A stretch of DNA of 26,951 bases from an uncultured Deferribacteres bacterium (GTDB taxonomy: Bacteria > Zhuqueibacterota > Zhuqueibacteria > Zhuqueibacterales > Geothermadaptataceae), in the NCBI GenBank assembly GCA_964014485.1, contig CAXHAT010000106.1:1-26951 (forward strand). Reading direction: 5' to 3'. Under the pieces are notes generated by a model. It was not told the DNA's origin, searched no databases, and saw only the letters and a program-made list of their open reading frames with translations. A program made the position numbers and the translations under genes. Positions 1 through 9,826 of this stretch are shown one piece after another. Position 1 is the stretch's first letter; every line of letters begins with the position of its first letter.

Positions 1-3000
1 AAAGATTTCAGCGGCAGGTAAAATCCGCTGTATTTTTGCAGGAGCTTCGATAAATCCTGCTCAGGCCTGGTCAAACCGTGCCATTGAAAAATGAACTTAT
101 AAAAAAGCGCCCGATCCACTGGCGCGGCGGCGGCGCGGCGTGCGGAAATCGCCCGACGATAAAGCTCGGCGAAGTTGTCGCGGTCGCACCAAAACTCACG
201 CTCGTCGTCTTCGATCAATTGGCCGGAAACAATGTCTTTTTCCGCCTGTAAATGCTGCAAAATTTGCTGGGACAGTTCTTCCGGCAATTGCAGAGATTCC
301 CGAATTTCCTCCAAAACGACCGGCCCGCGCGTACGCAGAAATCGCTGAACTTGCTGGCGAGCCCGGTCTTCGTCGACGGGCTGTTCAAACAGCGGTTCTT
401 GCGCGACGGCAATCCAGCCGCGCGATGGATGATCGATCTCAACGATTCGGTTAGTTTCGCGGAGTTCTTCGAGCCAGGGCTCTGGATTTTCGCGCGATTC
501 TTCCGTCAGCGCGTCTCCGCTCACCGGGCCAAGTTTTTCGATAATCAAAAAAAGCTCTTCCGCGGTCGCCGCCTGGGTCGCGGGCGTTTCGTGCCGCCAG
601 CGCGCCTGCGCTTCTTCAACGATTTCGTGCGTCACAATCGCCGGAATCGATTGGTGCGACAGTATTTCCGCCAGCAATTCGTTGCTCACCGCCGCCGCTT
701 GTCCGGGATAACGCGCCCGGTCGCGGTCGTAGAGATTTTCCTCGGTAAAATTAAACACCACGCCGGAGGCCATTGGTGAAGGATAAGCGGTTTTGACCTG
801 GTGAATCGCGATTTCTCCGGCCTGCACCTTGCCGATCACTTCCTGCAAAGCGGGCAGGTCAAAAACGTCCTGCAAACAATCGCGGTAAGTTTCGATGATG
901 GCGGGAAAATCAGGGTATTGCCGCACGACTTGCAGCAAATCGGCAGCGCGCAAGCGTTGCAGCCAGAGCGGGATGCGCTTGTTCAGTTGCGAACGCCGCA
1001 GGAGCAGCGAACGCACGGCGTTTTTGCGAAACTGCACGGTAAAAATCGGCGCGTCTGCGATGGCGCGCACGATCAGCGCCTCGATTTCCGCCGGGGTGAG
1101 CTCGAAGAACCGGCGAATGTCCGGCGGCTCAATCGTGTCGAGCAGGCGGAACAAAATGGCCTGATCGTTAAACGAGTACTGCGTTTCCGCACCGTATTCC
1201 TGTTCGAAAGTCGCCGAAAGCGCGATAGCCAGCGCGCCGTTGACCCGCCCGCCGAACGGCGAATGCACCACGAGATGCGGTTCGTTCGCGTGGTCGCGAT
1301 ACAATTCGCAAACGATGGTTTTGCCCGTCGGCACTTCGCCGGTATGCTTGCGCTGTTCCTTAAAAAATGCGACCAGATTCGCAGCAATGTGCTCGTCAAT
1401 CGGGAAACGGCTGGCAAGCCATTTTTCGGGGTGCTTTTCGTCGAGGCGCTCGTCCAATTCGGCGCGGAAATCGGCGATTTTTTTTGACGACTGGTAGTCG
1501 CGCCGCCAGGCGTCGTTGTTCCAAAACGGCGCACGCGGCTGGATCGCGGCGATCGGCGAAACGAGAATGCGGTCGTTGGTAATTTTCTCGATGCGCCACT
1601 CATTGTTGCCGAGATAAAACGGGTCGCCGACCTTCGACTCAAACACAAATTCTTCGTCCATTTCGCCAAGACGCGTGTTGCTGTCGGCGAGGTAGACGCC
1701 GTAGAGTCCGCGATCCGGGATCGTGCCTCCCTGCAGCGCCGCCGTCAATCGCGCGCCGCGCAGCCCCGTGAGCACATCGTTGACCTTGTCCCAACTAATT
1801 TTCGCCTGCATCGGGCGGATCGGCGTTTCCATGTATTTTCCGGCCAGCATATTCAAAACGCTGTCGAAAAGCGAGACCGTCAGGTTGCGGTAGCAGTAGC
1901 TTTGGCGGACGAGGTTGAACAAATCCTTGCGCGCCCATTTCTGCTGCGCGACCTCGGAAACGATCTGTTGCGCCAGCACGTCGAGACAATTTTCCGGGAT
2001 TGCGGTCTGCTCGATGTCGCCGTCAATCATGCAGCCCGCCAGCGCGATGCAGTCGCCAAGATCGCCGCGAAAAAGCGGGATGACGCGGCCCTTGCTCGTG
2101 GCTTTCAGCGTGTGGCCGCTGCGCCCGACGCGCTGCAATCCGGCGGAAACGCCCATCGGCGCTTGCAGTTGCACCACCAGATCGATGCTGCCGATGTCAA
2201 TGCCCAATTCCAGCGATCCGGTGGCGATCACCGCCGGGATGAGTCCTTCTTTCAAACGCGCTTCCACGTCATAGCGAAAATCGCGCGACAGGCTGCCGTG
2301 GTGGGCGGCGGCGAGCTCGGCTTTGTCGTCGCCGGTGACTTCGCGGTGTTTTTCGTTGAGCTGCCGCGCCACGCGCTCCGCCTGCACGCGCATATTGACG
2401 AAAACCAGCGTCGTGCGGTGCGCGGTGATGAGTTCATAAAGCTGATCGATCACCATCGGCCAAATGGTCGCTTCCGGCAGATCGGTGTAATCTTCGAGCG
2501 GCGAAATGACGCGCAAATCCATCTTTTTACGCTGCCCGCAATCGACGATGTTGACGGGTCGTTTTTGGTAAAGACCAGTTGTTTCATCAAGAGTCTGCCC
2601 GCCCAGAAATGCGGCGATGCGTTCGAGCGGTTTTTGCGTGGCGGAGAGACCGATGCGCACCGGCTCGGCGTCGCAGAGCGGCATGAGACGTTCGAGAGAC
2701 AGGCTCAAATGCACGCCGCGCTTGTTGCTGCAAATAGCGTGGATTTCGTCGATGACGAGATATTTCAAACGGTGAAAAATCTCCCGTCCGTATTGCGAAG
2801 TGAGCAAAAGATAGAGCGATTCCGGCGTGGTGATGAGAATATGCGGCGGCCGCTTCACCATCGCCTGACGCACGTGCGAGGGTGTGTCGCCGGTGCGTAC
2901 GACGGTGCGAATTTCCGGAGCGTCAACCTCGAGTTCTTTCGCGGCCTGACGAATGCCGGTGAGCGGCGTTTGCAGGTTGCGGTGAATGTCGTTGTTGAGG

Positions 3001-3257
3001 GCTTTCAGGGGAGAAATGTAGAGCGTATGCACGCCCTCGCGGTTTTGGGAAAACTGTTTTTCGTCGATTTCCAGACTGGCGCGAAAAAGATCGTCGATGC
3101 ACCAGAGAAACGAGGCCAGCGTCTTGCCGGAACCGGTCGGAGCGAGAATGAGCGTGTGCCTCCCTGCCGCAATCGACGGCCAGCCCTTCTCCTGCGGCGG
3201 ACTGGCGGATTCATAATTTTGCTGAAACCAGTTTTTAACGGCGGGGTGGAAGTTCAT
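1..3257 (-). CDS. lhr: Lhr-family DEAD/DEAH-box ATP-dependent helicase, 3' end truncated by the window edge
   Basis: Absent from the ORF track, consistent with no stop inside the window. Manual translation from ATG 3257: MNFHPAVKNWFQQNYESASPPQEKGWPSIAAGRHTLILAPTGSGKT (Q motif, Walker A), then LVIDEIHAICSNKRGVH (motif II), YHGSLS and TIPDRGLYGVYL..LGEMDEEFVFESKVGD, all typical of Lhr. Confidence 0.93.
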   Translation of the reverse strand, partial: MNFHPAVKNWFQQNYESASPPQEKGWPSIAAGRHTLILAPTGSGKTLASFLWCIDDLFRASLEIDEKQFSQNREGVHTLYISPLKALNNDIHRNLQTPLTGIRQAAKELEVDAPEIRTVVRTGDTPSHVRQAMVKRPPHILITTPESLYLLLTSQYGREIFHRLKYLVIDEIHAICSNKRGVHLSLSLERLMPLCDAEPVRIGLSATQKPLERIAAFLGGQTLDETTGLYQKRPVNIVDCGQRKKMDLRVISPLEDYTDLPEATIWPMVIDQLYELITAHRTTLVFVNMRVQAERVARQLNEKHREVTGDDKAELAAAHHGSLSRDFRYDVEARLKEGLIPAVIATGSLELGIDIGSIDLVVQLQAPMGVSAGLQRVGRSGHTLKATSKGRVIPLFRGDLGDCIALAGCMIDGDIEQTAIPENCLDVLAQQIVSEVAQQKWARKDLFNLVRQSYCYRNLTVSLFDSVLNMLAGKYMETPIRPMQAKISWDKVNDVLTGLRGARLTAALQGGTIPDRGLYGVYLADSNTRLGEMDEEFVFESKVGDPFYLGNNEWRIEKITNDRILVSPIAAIQPRAPFWNNDAWRRDYQSSKKIADFRAELDERLDEKHPEKWLASRFPIDEHIAANLVAFFKEQRKHTGEVPTGKTIVCELYRDHANEPHLVVHSPFGGRVNGALAIALSATFEQEYGAETQYSFNDQAILFRLLDTIEPPDIRRFFELTPAEIEALIVRAIADAPIFTVQFRKNAVRSLLLRRSQLNKRIPLWLQRLRAADLLQVVRQYPDFPAIIETYRDCLQDVFDLPALQEVIGKVQAGEIAIHQVKTAYPSPMASGVVFNFTEENLYDRDRARYPGQAAAVSNELLAEILSHQSIPAIVTHEIVEEAQARWRHETPATQAATAEELFLIIEKLGPVSGDALTEESRENPEPWLEELRETNRIVEIDHPSRGWIAVAQEPLFEQPVDEDRARQQVQRFLRTRGPVVLEEIRESLQLPEELSQQILQHLQAEKDIVSGQLIEDDEREFWCDRDNFAELYRRAISARRAAAAPVDRALFYKFIFQWHGLTRPEQDLSKLLQKYSGFYLPLKS

Positions 3258-3326
3258 AACACAAATCTACAACATAGCTGCATTCACATGCTTCGACTAT
3301 AACCTGCTTGCTGATCGACTCATCTC

Positions 3327-3920
3327 TTACTGTTGGTTTTGAGGTTGATCAGCTTTTTCGATTTTGAAGTATCTTTTGATGTTGGCCAATCTTTCTTCAT
3401 ATGTCCCTGATGAGTCTAACTCGAATAATCGTTCTATCTTTTCAATCGTCTTGTGCTCATTTTCATTATTGGGCGCATTTTTTTGATAATTAATTGAACA
3501 GGTCAAGGCTATTCCCCTCCATCGGTCAAATTTGATCTCAACGAACTCATTGTATCCAAACTTATTCGCAATTCCGACTGAAATCCAAAATGAAAACAAC
3601 AACAGGAGACATGGTATAATAAATACCAAAAAACGTCCCCAGATGTTTTTTGTAAAACGAAAAATATACAACGACGGGAGTTGGTTTTGAATTAATTGAA
3701 TAATAAAAGACAAACTTAATAGCACTATTCCAACGTCTGCTTCCATTTTCGCGTAAATCAGGTTCTTTTCTACAAAGGGATTACTACCAAATACAGTTTT
3801 TGCCAAGTTGGAAACATCTTGTAGTCCTGTTGAAAAAATGCCGTGAACCAATACAAATGAAGCGCTTAAAGCAAGAGTATACGAAATCGTGTTTAAGTCA
3901 ATTCTCAAACGATCTTCCAT
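3327..3920 (-). CDS. Hypothetical membrane protein, 197 aa, about 3 hydrophobic segments, AT-rich
   Basis: ORF track; hydrophobic stretches; GC about 33% in a sampled 60-nt line, clearly lower than lhr. Confidence 0.7.
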   Translation of the reverse strand: MEDRLRIDLNTISYTLALSASFVLVHGIFSTGLQDVSNLAKTVFGSNPFVEKNLIYAKMEADVGIVLLSLSFIIQLIQNQLPSLYIFRFTKNIWGRFLVFIIPCLLLLFSFWISVGIANKFGYNEFVEIKFDRWRGIALTCSINYQKNAPNNENEHKTIEKIERLFELDSSGTYEERLANIKRYFKIEKADQPQNQQ

Positions 3921-4073
3921 TGCAGTATGTACCTTGTTTATGAATATAGAAATGCCGGGCTGAAAGTGAAAGCGAAGTACTCAAAAAAATTTCTATAGAG
4001 TAAAGCCAGCAAAGAATTTGAGCGAAAGAACTGGTAGCTTTGAAATACTCTGTTTCAGATTAAGGATTTCTGT

Positions 4074-4434
4074 TTATGTCGGCCATTCAAGCCCGACAAG
4101 TTCATTGGTATTGAAGACTATACGACAGTAATCCTTTACTGGAAACACGAATAACCGCCCCTAATCTTTTTGATTGCGTATCAAGCTCAGGATGGCTAAG
4201 AACAAGGCCGTCTCATATTTGTCAACATCCAAAAAGACCAAGCAATATCTCTGATGACACAAGCATCGGTCAAAAAAATCGGTCGGCGAGTTTGATGAAG
4301 GAATGGAATGATTTCGTCGTCCTGAATCCCCTTTCTGCTTATATCGTGTCGTGGCCGATTTGGCGTACGGGAATCCGCCGGCTTTTCAATAATTCACGTT
4401 GATTGCGAGGAATATTTTCGTCGAGGAAATTCAC
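4074..4434 (-). pseudogene. PIN-domain toxin (DUF5615/VapC45-like) pseudogene with multiple frameshifts and deletions
   Basis: GTG start overlaps the DUF433 stop (GTGA). Fragments in different frames: VNFLDENIPRNQRELLKSRRIPVRQIGHD / ISRKGIQDDEIIPFLHQTRRPIFLT / LCHQRYCLVFLDVDKYETALF / LSHPELDTQSKRLGAVIRVSSKGL / NELVGLEWPT*. The LDEN motif and position after DUF433 are typical. Confidence 0.8.
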
Positions 4435-4688
4435 ACCGGTTCTAAAACAAATTCATCGGAATGTTTCAGCAGAGCTTGCGTCGCCAATTGCACGGCTTCG
4501 GCAATCGCTTCTTTCGTGATGCTGTCGTGCCATTCTTCGATGATGCTTTCCCAAGCCATACCATCGGCAACCTGCTCCAAAACATCCGCGACGAAAACGC
4601 GCGTTCCCCGGAAAGTGGGTTTTCCATGGCAAATTTTAGGATCCGCCACAATGTATCGTCCAAGTATTTGAGCTTTGTCGTTTTTCAT
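4431..4688 (-). CDS. DUF433-domain antitoxin (VapB45-like), intact
   Basis: IVADPKICHGKPTFRGTRVFVADVLEQVADG...IIEEW..ITKEAIAEAV matches the DUF433 signature. Confidence 0.92.
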   Translation of the reverse strand: MKNDKAQILGRYIVADPKICHGKPTFRGTRVFVADVLEQVADGMAWESIIEEWHDSITKEAIAEAVQLATQALLKHSDEFVLEPV

Positions 4689-4711
4689 GAATTCCGTTTT
4701 CTGAAATGATA

Positions 4712-5053
4712 TTACAAAGCGACTTTTCGCGGCGCCTGCTTCCGGCTCAAAACAAATTCCGAATAAGCTTTGTCTAACAACTCTCGTAAATTGGCGGATT
4801 TCAAAAAAAGCTCCGGCGCGTCGAACGACATTGGGAGTTGCGGGAGCACGCCTTCTTCGTCCATATGAGAGACAAAGTGCGAGAAATCCAGAACTTTGAA
4901 GCCGACGATTTCGCTCGGATTATCACGATTATAACGAACGTAGAAATCGTATTCCGTTATGGCTTCCTGCGCGGCGGAGTCAGCGTCGAGATGAATCCAA
5001 AGCGTGTCGCCTTGCTCGTAGTAATTCAGTTCTACTTTTCTGGAGATGACCAT
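4712..5053 (-). CDS. DUF2283-like protein (putative antitoxin)
   Basis: YYEQGDTLWIHL...YVRYNRDNPSEIVGFKVLDF resembles DUF2283; overlaps the 3' end of the upstream nuclease-like gene. Confidence 0.7.
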   Translation of the reverse strand: MVISRKVELNYYEQGDTLWIHLDADSAAQEAITEYDFYVRYNRDNPSEIVGFKVLDFSHFVSHMDEEGVLPQLPMSFDAPELFLKSANLRELLDKAYSEFVLSRKQAPRKVAL

Positions 5054-5436
5054 ATGAGTTTTCCTTTTTTGACATTATTTAAATAACCCGGGGTTGGCAG
5101 AATCGCCGTCCAAAACCTGCGCATAACGCGAACGTCTGCAACGACTAAAAAGGGCTCTGGGTGCAGATCATACTCATCCTCATAAAAATCGCTCATGTAA
5201 ATCTCTCGAAATTGCATGCCCTTGTGGTGAGATTGGCGGATCTCATCCGGATTGATCAATGTGCTTTTGATATGGCGAATTCTTTGTAAAATTTGTCTAT
5301 CGTCGGCAATATGCGAATAGCTGCCGAAATCAAATTCGATAGAAACGCCACGAACGTCTTTGATTCCGGGCATCAAGCTTTTGAATATATCGAAAGCTTT
5401 TTGAGATGAATTCAGTTCTATAAAATTTCTCGACAT
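5032..5436 (-). CDS. Putative RelE/BECR-fold (PBECR2-like) ribonuclease toxin
   Basis: YSHI...IKSTLINPDEIRQS...FLVVADV...FWTAIL...KKGKLIW pattern; paired with the DUF2283-like gene. ATG 5436 has GAGGA upstream (ORF track uses TTG 5454). Confidence 0.6.
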   Translation of the reverse strand: MSRNFIELNSSQKAFDIFKSLMPGIKDVRGVSIEFDFGSYSHIADDRQILQRIRHIKSTLINPDEIRQSHHKGMQFREIYMSDFYEDEYDLHPEPFLVVADVRVMRRFWTAILPTPGYLNNVKKGKLIWSSPEK

Positions 5437-5537
5437 ACAACTGCTTTTCCTCAACTATCACCGAAAAAATATCTTACCTGACCTGCTCTGAAGCATTTGA
5501 TTAACTTGCCACTGCTCAATGATCAGCAACTGTAGCG

Positions 5538-5828
5538 TCAACCGGGTTGAAATTGGAGCATGAGACGTTCTTTAACCGGCTCATGCCTGATTTTAACGTC
5601 ATCAGGGACGACTTCACCTCTTTTCAGGCTTCCTTCGATCACACAACGAATCGCATCCAAAGCCATTGCGCGTGCTTCATCGAGGGCGTCACCATAGGTA
5701 CAAATTTCCGGCATGGCCGGTACGTTAACATTGTAGCCGCCGTCTTCATCAGGCTCAAAAAAGACGGTGTACTCGTATGGTTGAACCGGTACATTTTTCA
5801 AATCGGCCGGGTTTTCTTTACGATTCAT
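5538..5828 (-). CDS. hicB: HicB-family antitoxin (orphan, no hicA seen)
   Basis: YTVFFEPDEDGGYNVNVPAMPEICTYGDALDEARAMALDAI...GEVVP is the HicB N-domain; GGAGA RBS before ATG 5828. Confidence 0.88.
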   Translation of the reverse strand: MNRKENPADLKNVPVQPYEYTVFFEPDEDGGYNVNVPAMPEICTYGDALDEARAMALDAIRCVIEGSLKRGEVVPDDVKIRHEPVKERLMLQFQPG

Positions 5829-5878
5829 CGTTTCTCCAGTTTGGATTTGAGCATAGCCAAAAAGTAAACGAATGAAAG

Positions 5879-6085
5879 TCAAAATTCAAGTTTTAGATTT
5901 ACCGCTTCTTTCGTGATGCTGTCGTGCCATTCATCAATAATGCTCTCCCAGGCCATGCCGCTTGCAACCTGCTCCAAAACATCCGCGACAAAAACGCGCG
6001 TTCCCCGGAAGGCGGGTTTTCCGTGGCAAATTTTAGGATCCGCCACAATGTAGCGTCCAAGTATTTGCGCTTTATCGTTTTTCAT
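5879..6085 (-). pseudogene. Second DUF433 antitoxin copy, 3'-truncated (68 aa)
   Basis: About 90% nt identity to 4506-4688 over about 183 nt; similarity stops at ITKEA, followed by an unrelated tail VNLKLEF*. AGGAG RBS upstream. Confidence 0.8.
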
Positions 6086-6113
6086 AAATTCAATCTCCTG
6101 CTTGACAGTTTCA

Positions 6114-6141
6114 AGCATAACAAATTTTAAACAACCTGCAA
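6114..6141 (-). promoter_or_regulatory. Putative sigma70 promoter for the left TA array
   Basis: Minus strand TTGCAG-N16-TATGCT with TG extended -10, about 30 nt above the DUF433 ATG. Confidence 0.4.
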
Positions 6142-6363
6142 GCCGAACATTGAAACTGTGCGCTTTTCGCATCTCGTTTCGATTAATTACAACGATTGAA
6201 TTCTGAATACCTTCATCTGAAACGCCTTGCTTTCGTTTCCGAAAAAAAATAGTTTATCGGTTTAACTAAAAAAACAGGGTCCAAGTTGAAAGTGGGAGTA
6301 GTGCTCGGGAGGCAAACCACATATCCCATTATTCACAGGAAAACCCAAAAGGAGGGTGAGTTC

Positions 6364-9300
6364 ATGAGAAAGTCCGTACTTTGGCAAGTCTTGCTTTTGT
6401 GCTTTGGCGTAGTCGCTCTACAAGCGCAAACGGGACGAATTGAAGGCAAGGTAACCGATGCAGTCTCCGGGGCGCCGTTGCCTGGCACAAGCATCACGAT
6501 TGCAGGCACGACGCTTGGCGCTGCGGCAGACAATCGCGGAAATTACTCCATCACTAACGTGCCTGTCGGTTCGCACGAGTTGACGGCGTCGTTTATCGGC
6601 TATACCGCCATTACGCAAACCGTTACCGTGAGCGCGGGAGGAACCGCGCAGCAGAATTTCGCCCTGTCAGAAGATGTGGTGCAAATGGAATCAATTGTTG
6701 TGACCGCGCTGGGTTTTAAGACCAGCCGTGACAAACAAGGCTCCACCAGCGCACGCGTTGAATCTGCAGACATGGTCAGATCCGGCGAAGCGTTGTTGGG
6801 CAATTCTCTGGCAGCCAAAGCTTCCAACGTGAGCGTCAATCCTGTGACGGGCGATCCGGGAGCGGGGACGTCGATCAAAATTCGCGGCGCAAGCTCGATC
6901 AGCGCCAGCCAACCTTTGATTATTCTCGACGGCATCCCCATCAGCAACTCTCAGATTTATGCAGGCGCCAGCCGGGCCGGGGGCGTGTCGCAGCAATCCA
7001 GACTCAATGACATCAACGCCAACGATATCGAATCCGTCCAAATTTTAAAAGGCGCTTCGGCGGCGGCTTTGTGGGGATCGAGAGCGGCTAACGGCGTGGT
7101 TGTCATCACGACAAAGTCAGGCAGTCCCGGGAGAATGAAAATCGGCTACAGTCGGACAATGTCTTTTGACAGAGTGCATGATCGAATTCCGATGCAAACG
7201 GTTTTTGGGCAGGGAAGAGACGGCGTTTATGGCCCCACGCGCGCGGAATCCTGGGGCGATTATATTCCAGATCGCTCCGGCGGCGCTGACGTCGTCGATC
7301 AAACCGGAGAGTTCTTTGAAGGTGAAAGCGGCGCGCGCTACTATCCTATCGACGAAAAGAACTCCGCCGAGACTTTTGTCGACAGTAACTGGGACTTGGT
7401 CTTCCAGACCGGCACTTACGCAGATGACAACCTGTCTATCAGCGGCGGCAACGACCGCGGCACCTACATGTTCAGCTATGGCCGTTTAAGGCAGGACGGC
7501 GTTATTCGTAATTCCGACCTACACCGCGACAATTTGAGATTGAACAGCAATTTCACTTTGAGCAACTGGATGTCCGTGGAATCCAAGGCAAGTTACACGG
7601 GCAGCCGCGCCAACAGAATTGAGCAAAGCTCAAACACTGCGGGCTTGCTGCTCGGCCTGCTGCGGACTCCCCCGGATTTTGATATCGCCGATTATAAAGG
7701 CGACTATCACGATGACGACGGCAGTATTATCACTGGCCGCCACAGATCATACCGACGATACCTGGCCAATAATCCGAACCCTACCTATAACAATCCGCTT
7801 TGGACGATCAATGAGCAATCCGCTGACACCGAGGTCAACCGATTCATTATGTCCAATCAACTCGACATGACGCCGATCGAAGACCTGAACATCATTCTAC
7901 GCGGCGGCGTGGACAACTACACAGACAGACGCGCGACGTTCTTCCCGATCAATTCCGGGGCCAGCAATTTTGCCGGTGAATTTACTGAAAACACGATCTC
8001 GGAACGCGAACTCAACTTCGACGCCATTGCCAAAACCGTTCAACAGTTGAATCCTGACATTGGGCTGACGGCTGTTGCAGGTTGGAACATCAATGACAGA
8101 GAAAGAACGATTAACACCGGCGAATTGAGCTCGTTCCTGGTCAATTCGACCAAACAGACAACCAGCCTGAACACCGCGGCGGAAAACTCCACTATTTCCA
8201 ACAGCAAGCGGTTTATTCGCTCGACGCGTTCATATGGTATTTTGACTTTTGACCTTTATGATCAATTGTTTGTGAACCTTTCCGGCGCCGTTGAAAAAAC
8301 CTCGAGTATGAGCGACACCTACTTCTATCCTGCGTTTGACGCGGCCTGGCAGGTCGGCAAATATCTTCGCAGCACGCCGTTTTCATTCGCCAAGATCAGA
8401 GTGGCTTACGGCCAGGTCGGCGTCCAGCCGACTGCGCACCGCTTTGAAACGCTCGCGGAAAGTAATTTTACCTACTCTTCCTACAGCGACCCGCTGGACA
8501 TCGGCCTTTGGGGCGGCGGGTTCAGACTCAACGACGATCAGGGCAACCCGGACCTGAAACCGGAGATCAAGACTGAGCTTGAAATCGGCTCGGACATGAG
8601 ATTGTTTGACGATCGTCTCTCATTCAGTTGGACGTATTATCAAAATACGATTGACGATATTCTGCTTTTTGTGGCGCTTTCTCCTTCCAGCGGATATGAT
8701 ACGCAGTACAAAAACGCCGGCAAGATGGAGAACAAAGGCTTCGAGTTCGACGGCGATTACTCCTTCGTCCGCTCCTTCGACAAGGATTTAGGCCTGTTTT
8801 TCAATTGGAGCACCAACAAAAACGAAGTGCTCGATTTGGCGGGCACGGACGTTATCACGTTGGGAACCGGCAACCTGAATTCTGTCGCCCGCGTTGGTTA
8901 TCCCCTCGGCACATTGTGGGGAACGGGTTCGATCACGGAAAACGGCGAATATGACGGCGTGCTGGTTTTGGATGACAACGGCTTTCCTCAGGCGACGCCC
9001 GGGCAGATTGTTTTAGGCGATCCCAATCCGGATTGGCGCGGCAGCATTGGGCTGCGAGCCCGTTATAAGCGCATCGGCTTGAACATGTTGCTCGAACATT
9101 CGCAAGGCGGCGATTATTCTCCGCGTACGCAATGGGTGCTGAGACGCTTTGGCACGACGGCGGAAACGGCCAACGTCATTGAGTCCACGCCGGAAGAACT
9201 GGTCAATTTTGACGGCGACATTATTCCGGCCGGTTCCTGGGTTCGCGGCAATATCCATGATTTCGGCGGCGGCAACGTCTTGCTGGACGAAACGTGGTAC

Positions 9301-9609
9301 CGTCACGGCATCGGCGGCGGCTTTGGCGACGGCCAGCTCTACAATTTTTCCACGAAAGACGCCACCTACACAAGAATTCGTGAATTGACCCTGTCTTACG
9401 ATCTGGCGTCGCAAAAATTCAGAGACCTCACCGGCCTTAGCTCAGTGACTTTCTCTGCGACGGCAAGAAACCTCTTCGCTTGGTACAAAGAATTGGTCGG
9501 CGTTGATCCGGCCGTCAACCAGGCGGGCGTTTCCAATGGATTTGGTCTGGATTATTTCACCAATCCGAGTACGAAATCATATTTGTTTTCAGTGTCCGTT
9601 AATTATTGA
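6364..9609 (+). CDS. susC: SusC/RagA-family TonB-dependent outer-membrane transporter
   Basis: Signal peptide, carboxypeptidase-regulatory-like N-domain, plug motif DIESVQILKGASAAALWGSRAANGVVVITTK, GNPDLKPE, aromatic C-terminus. GGAGG upstream of ATG 6364. Confidence 0.95.
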   Translation: MRKSVLWQVLLLCFGVVALQAQTGRIEGKVTDAVSGAPLPGTSITIAGTTLGAAADNRGNYSITNVPVGSHELTASFIGYTAITQTVTVSAGGTAQQNFALSEDVVQMESIVVTALGFKTSRDKQGSTSARVESADMVRSGEALLGNSLAAKASNVSVNPVTGDPGAGTSIKIRGASSISASQPLIILDGIPISNSQIYAGASRAGGVSQQSRLNDINANDIESVQILKGASAAALWGSRAANGVVVITTKSGSPGRMKIGYSRTMSFDRVHDRIPMQTVFGQGRDGVYGPTRAESWGDYIPDRSGGADVVDQTGEFFEGESGARYYPIDEKNSAETFVDSNWDLVFQTGTYADDNLSISGGNDRGTYMFSYGRLRQDGVIRNSDLHRDNLRLNSNFTLSNWMSVESKASYTGSRANRIEQSSNTAGLLLGLLRTPPDFDIADYKGDYHDDDGSIITGRHRSYRRYLANNPNPTYNNPLWTINEQSADTEVNRFIMSNQLDMTPIEDLNIILRGGVDNYTDRRATFFPINSGASNFAGEFTENTISERELNFDAIAKTVQQLNPDIGLTAVAGWNINDRERTINTGELSSFLVNSTKQTTSLNTAAENSTISNSKRFIRSTRSYGILTFDLYDQLFVNLSGAVEKTSSMSDTYFYPAFDAAWQVGKYLRSTPFSFAKIRVAYGQVGVQPTAHRFETLAESNFTYSSYSDPLDIGLWGGGFRLNDDQGNPDLKPEIKTELEIGSDMRLFDDRLSFSWTYYQNTIDDILLFVALSPSSGYDTQYKNAGKMENKGFEFDGDYSFVRSFDKDLGLFFNWSTNKNEVLDLAGTDVITLGTGNLNSVARVGYPLGTLWGTGSITENGEYDGVLVLDDNGFPQATPGQIVLGDPNPDWRGSIGLRARYKRIGLNMLLEHSQGGDYSPRTQWVLRRFGTTAETANVIESTPEELVNFDGDIIPAGSWVRGNIHDFGGGNVLLDETWYRHGIGGGFGDGQLYNFSTKDATYTRIRELTLSYDLASQKFRDLTGLSSVTFSATARNLFAWYKELVGVDPAVNQAGVSNGFGLDYFTNPSTKSYLFSVSVNY

Positions 9610-9638
9610 TCGTTACAGAATTCGGAGTGCATTGAAGC

Positions 9639-9756
9639 AACTGCTCGCCTGTCATGCTGGAAGCATCTTTTTGGTTTCGCCCCCTGGACGCGACAAGAGT
9701 TCAGTTTTTGCGACTAAAAAAGATTCCTGCAGAATGACAATCGAGGTTGAGCAGTT
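9639..9756. repeat. Long imperfect intergenic hairpin, TGTCAT...ATGACA palindromic-element type
   Basis: AACTGCTC/GAGCAGTT, TGTCATGCTG/CAGAATGACA and ATCTTTTT..TCGC/GCGA..AAAAAGAT pair in nested fashion. Confidence 0.6.
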
Positions 9757-9826
9757 CCACTCCTGTTGAAATAGTATATCCAAAATTTGATAACGGAAAT
9801 GAAAGAGAAATTCAGGAGCAAATAAA

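Noticed and set aside
252..3302. Long plus-strand ORFs (252-779, 801-1487, 1902-3302)
   Set aside because: Antisense shadows of the minus-strand Lhr gene, with no recognisable motifs.
5455..5537. Possible hicA remnant next to hicB
   Set aside because: No HicA-like GSH motif or plausible frame seen here or in the short gap upstream of hicB.
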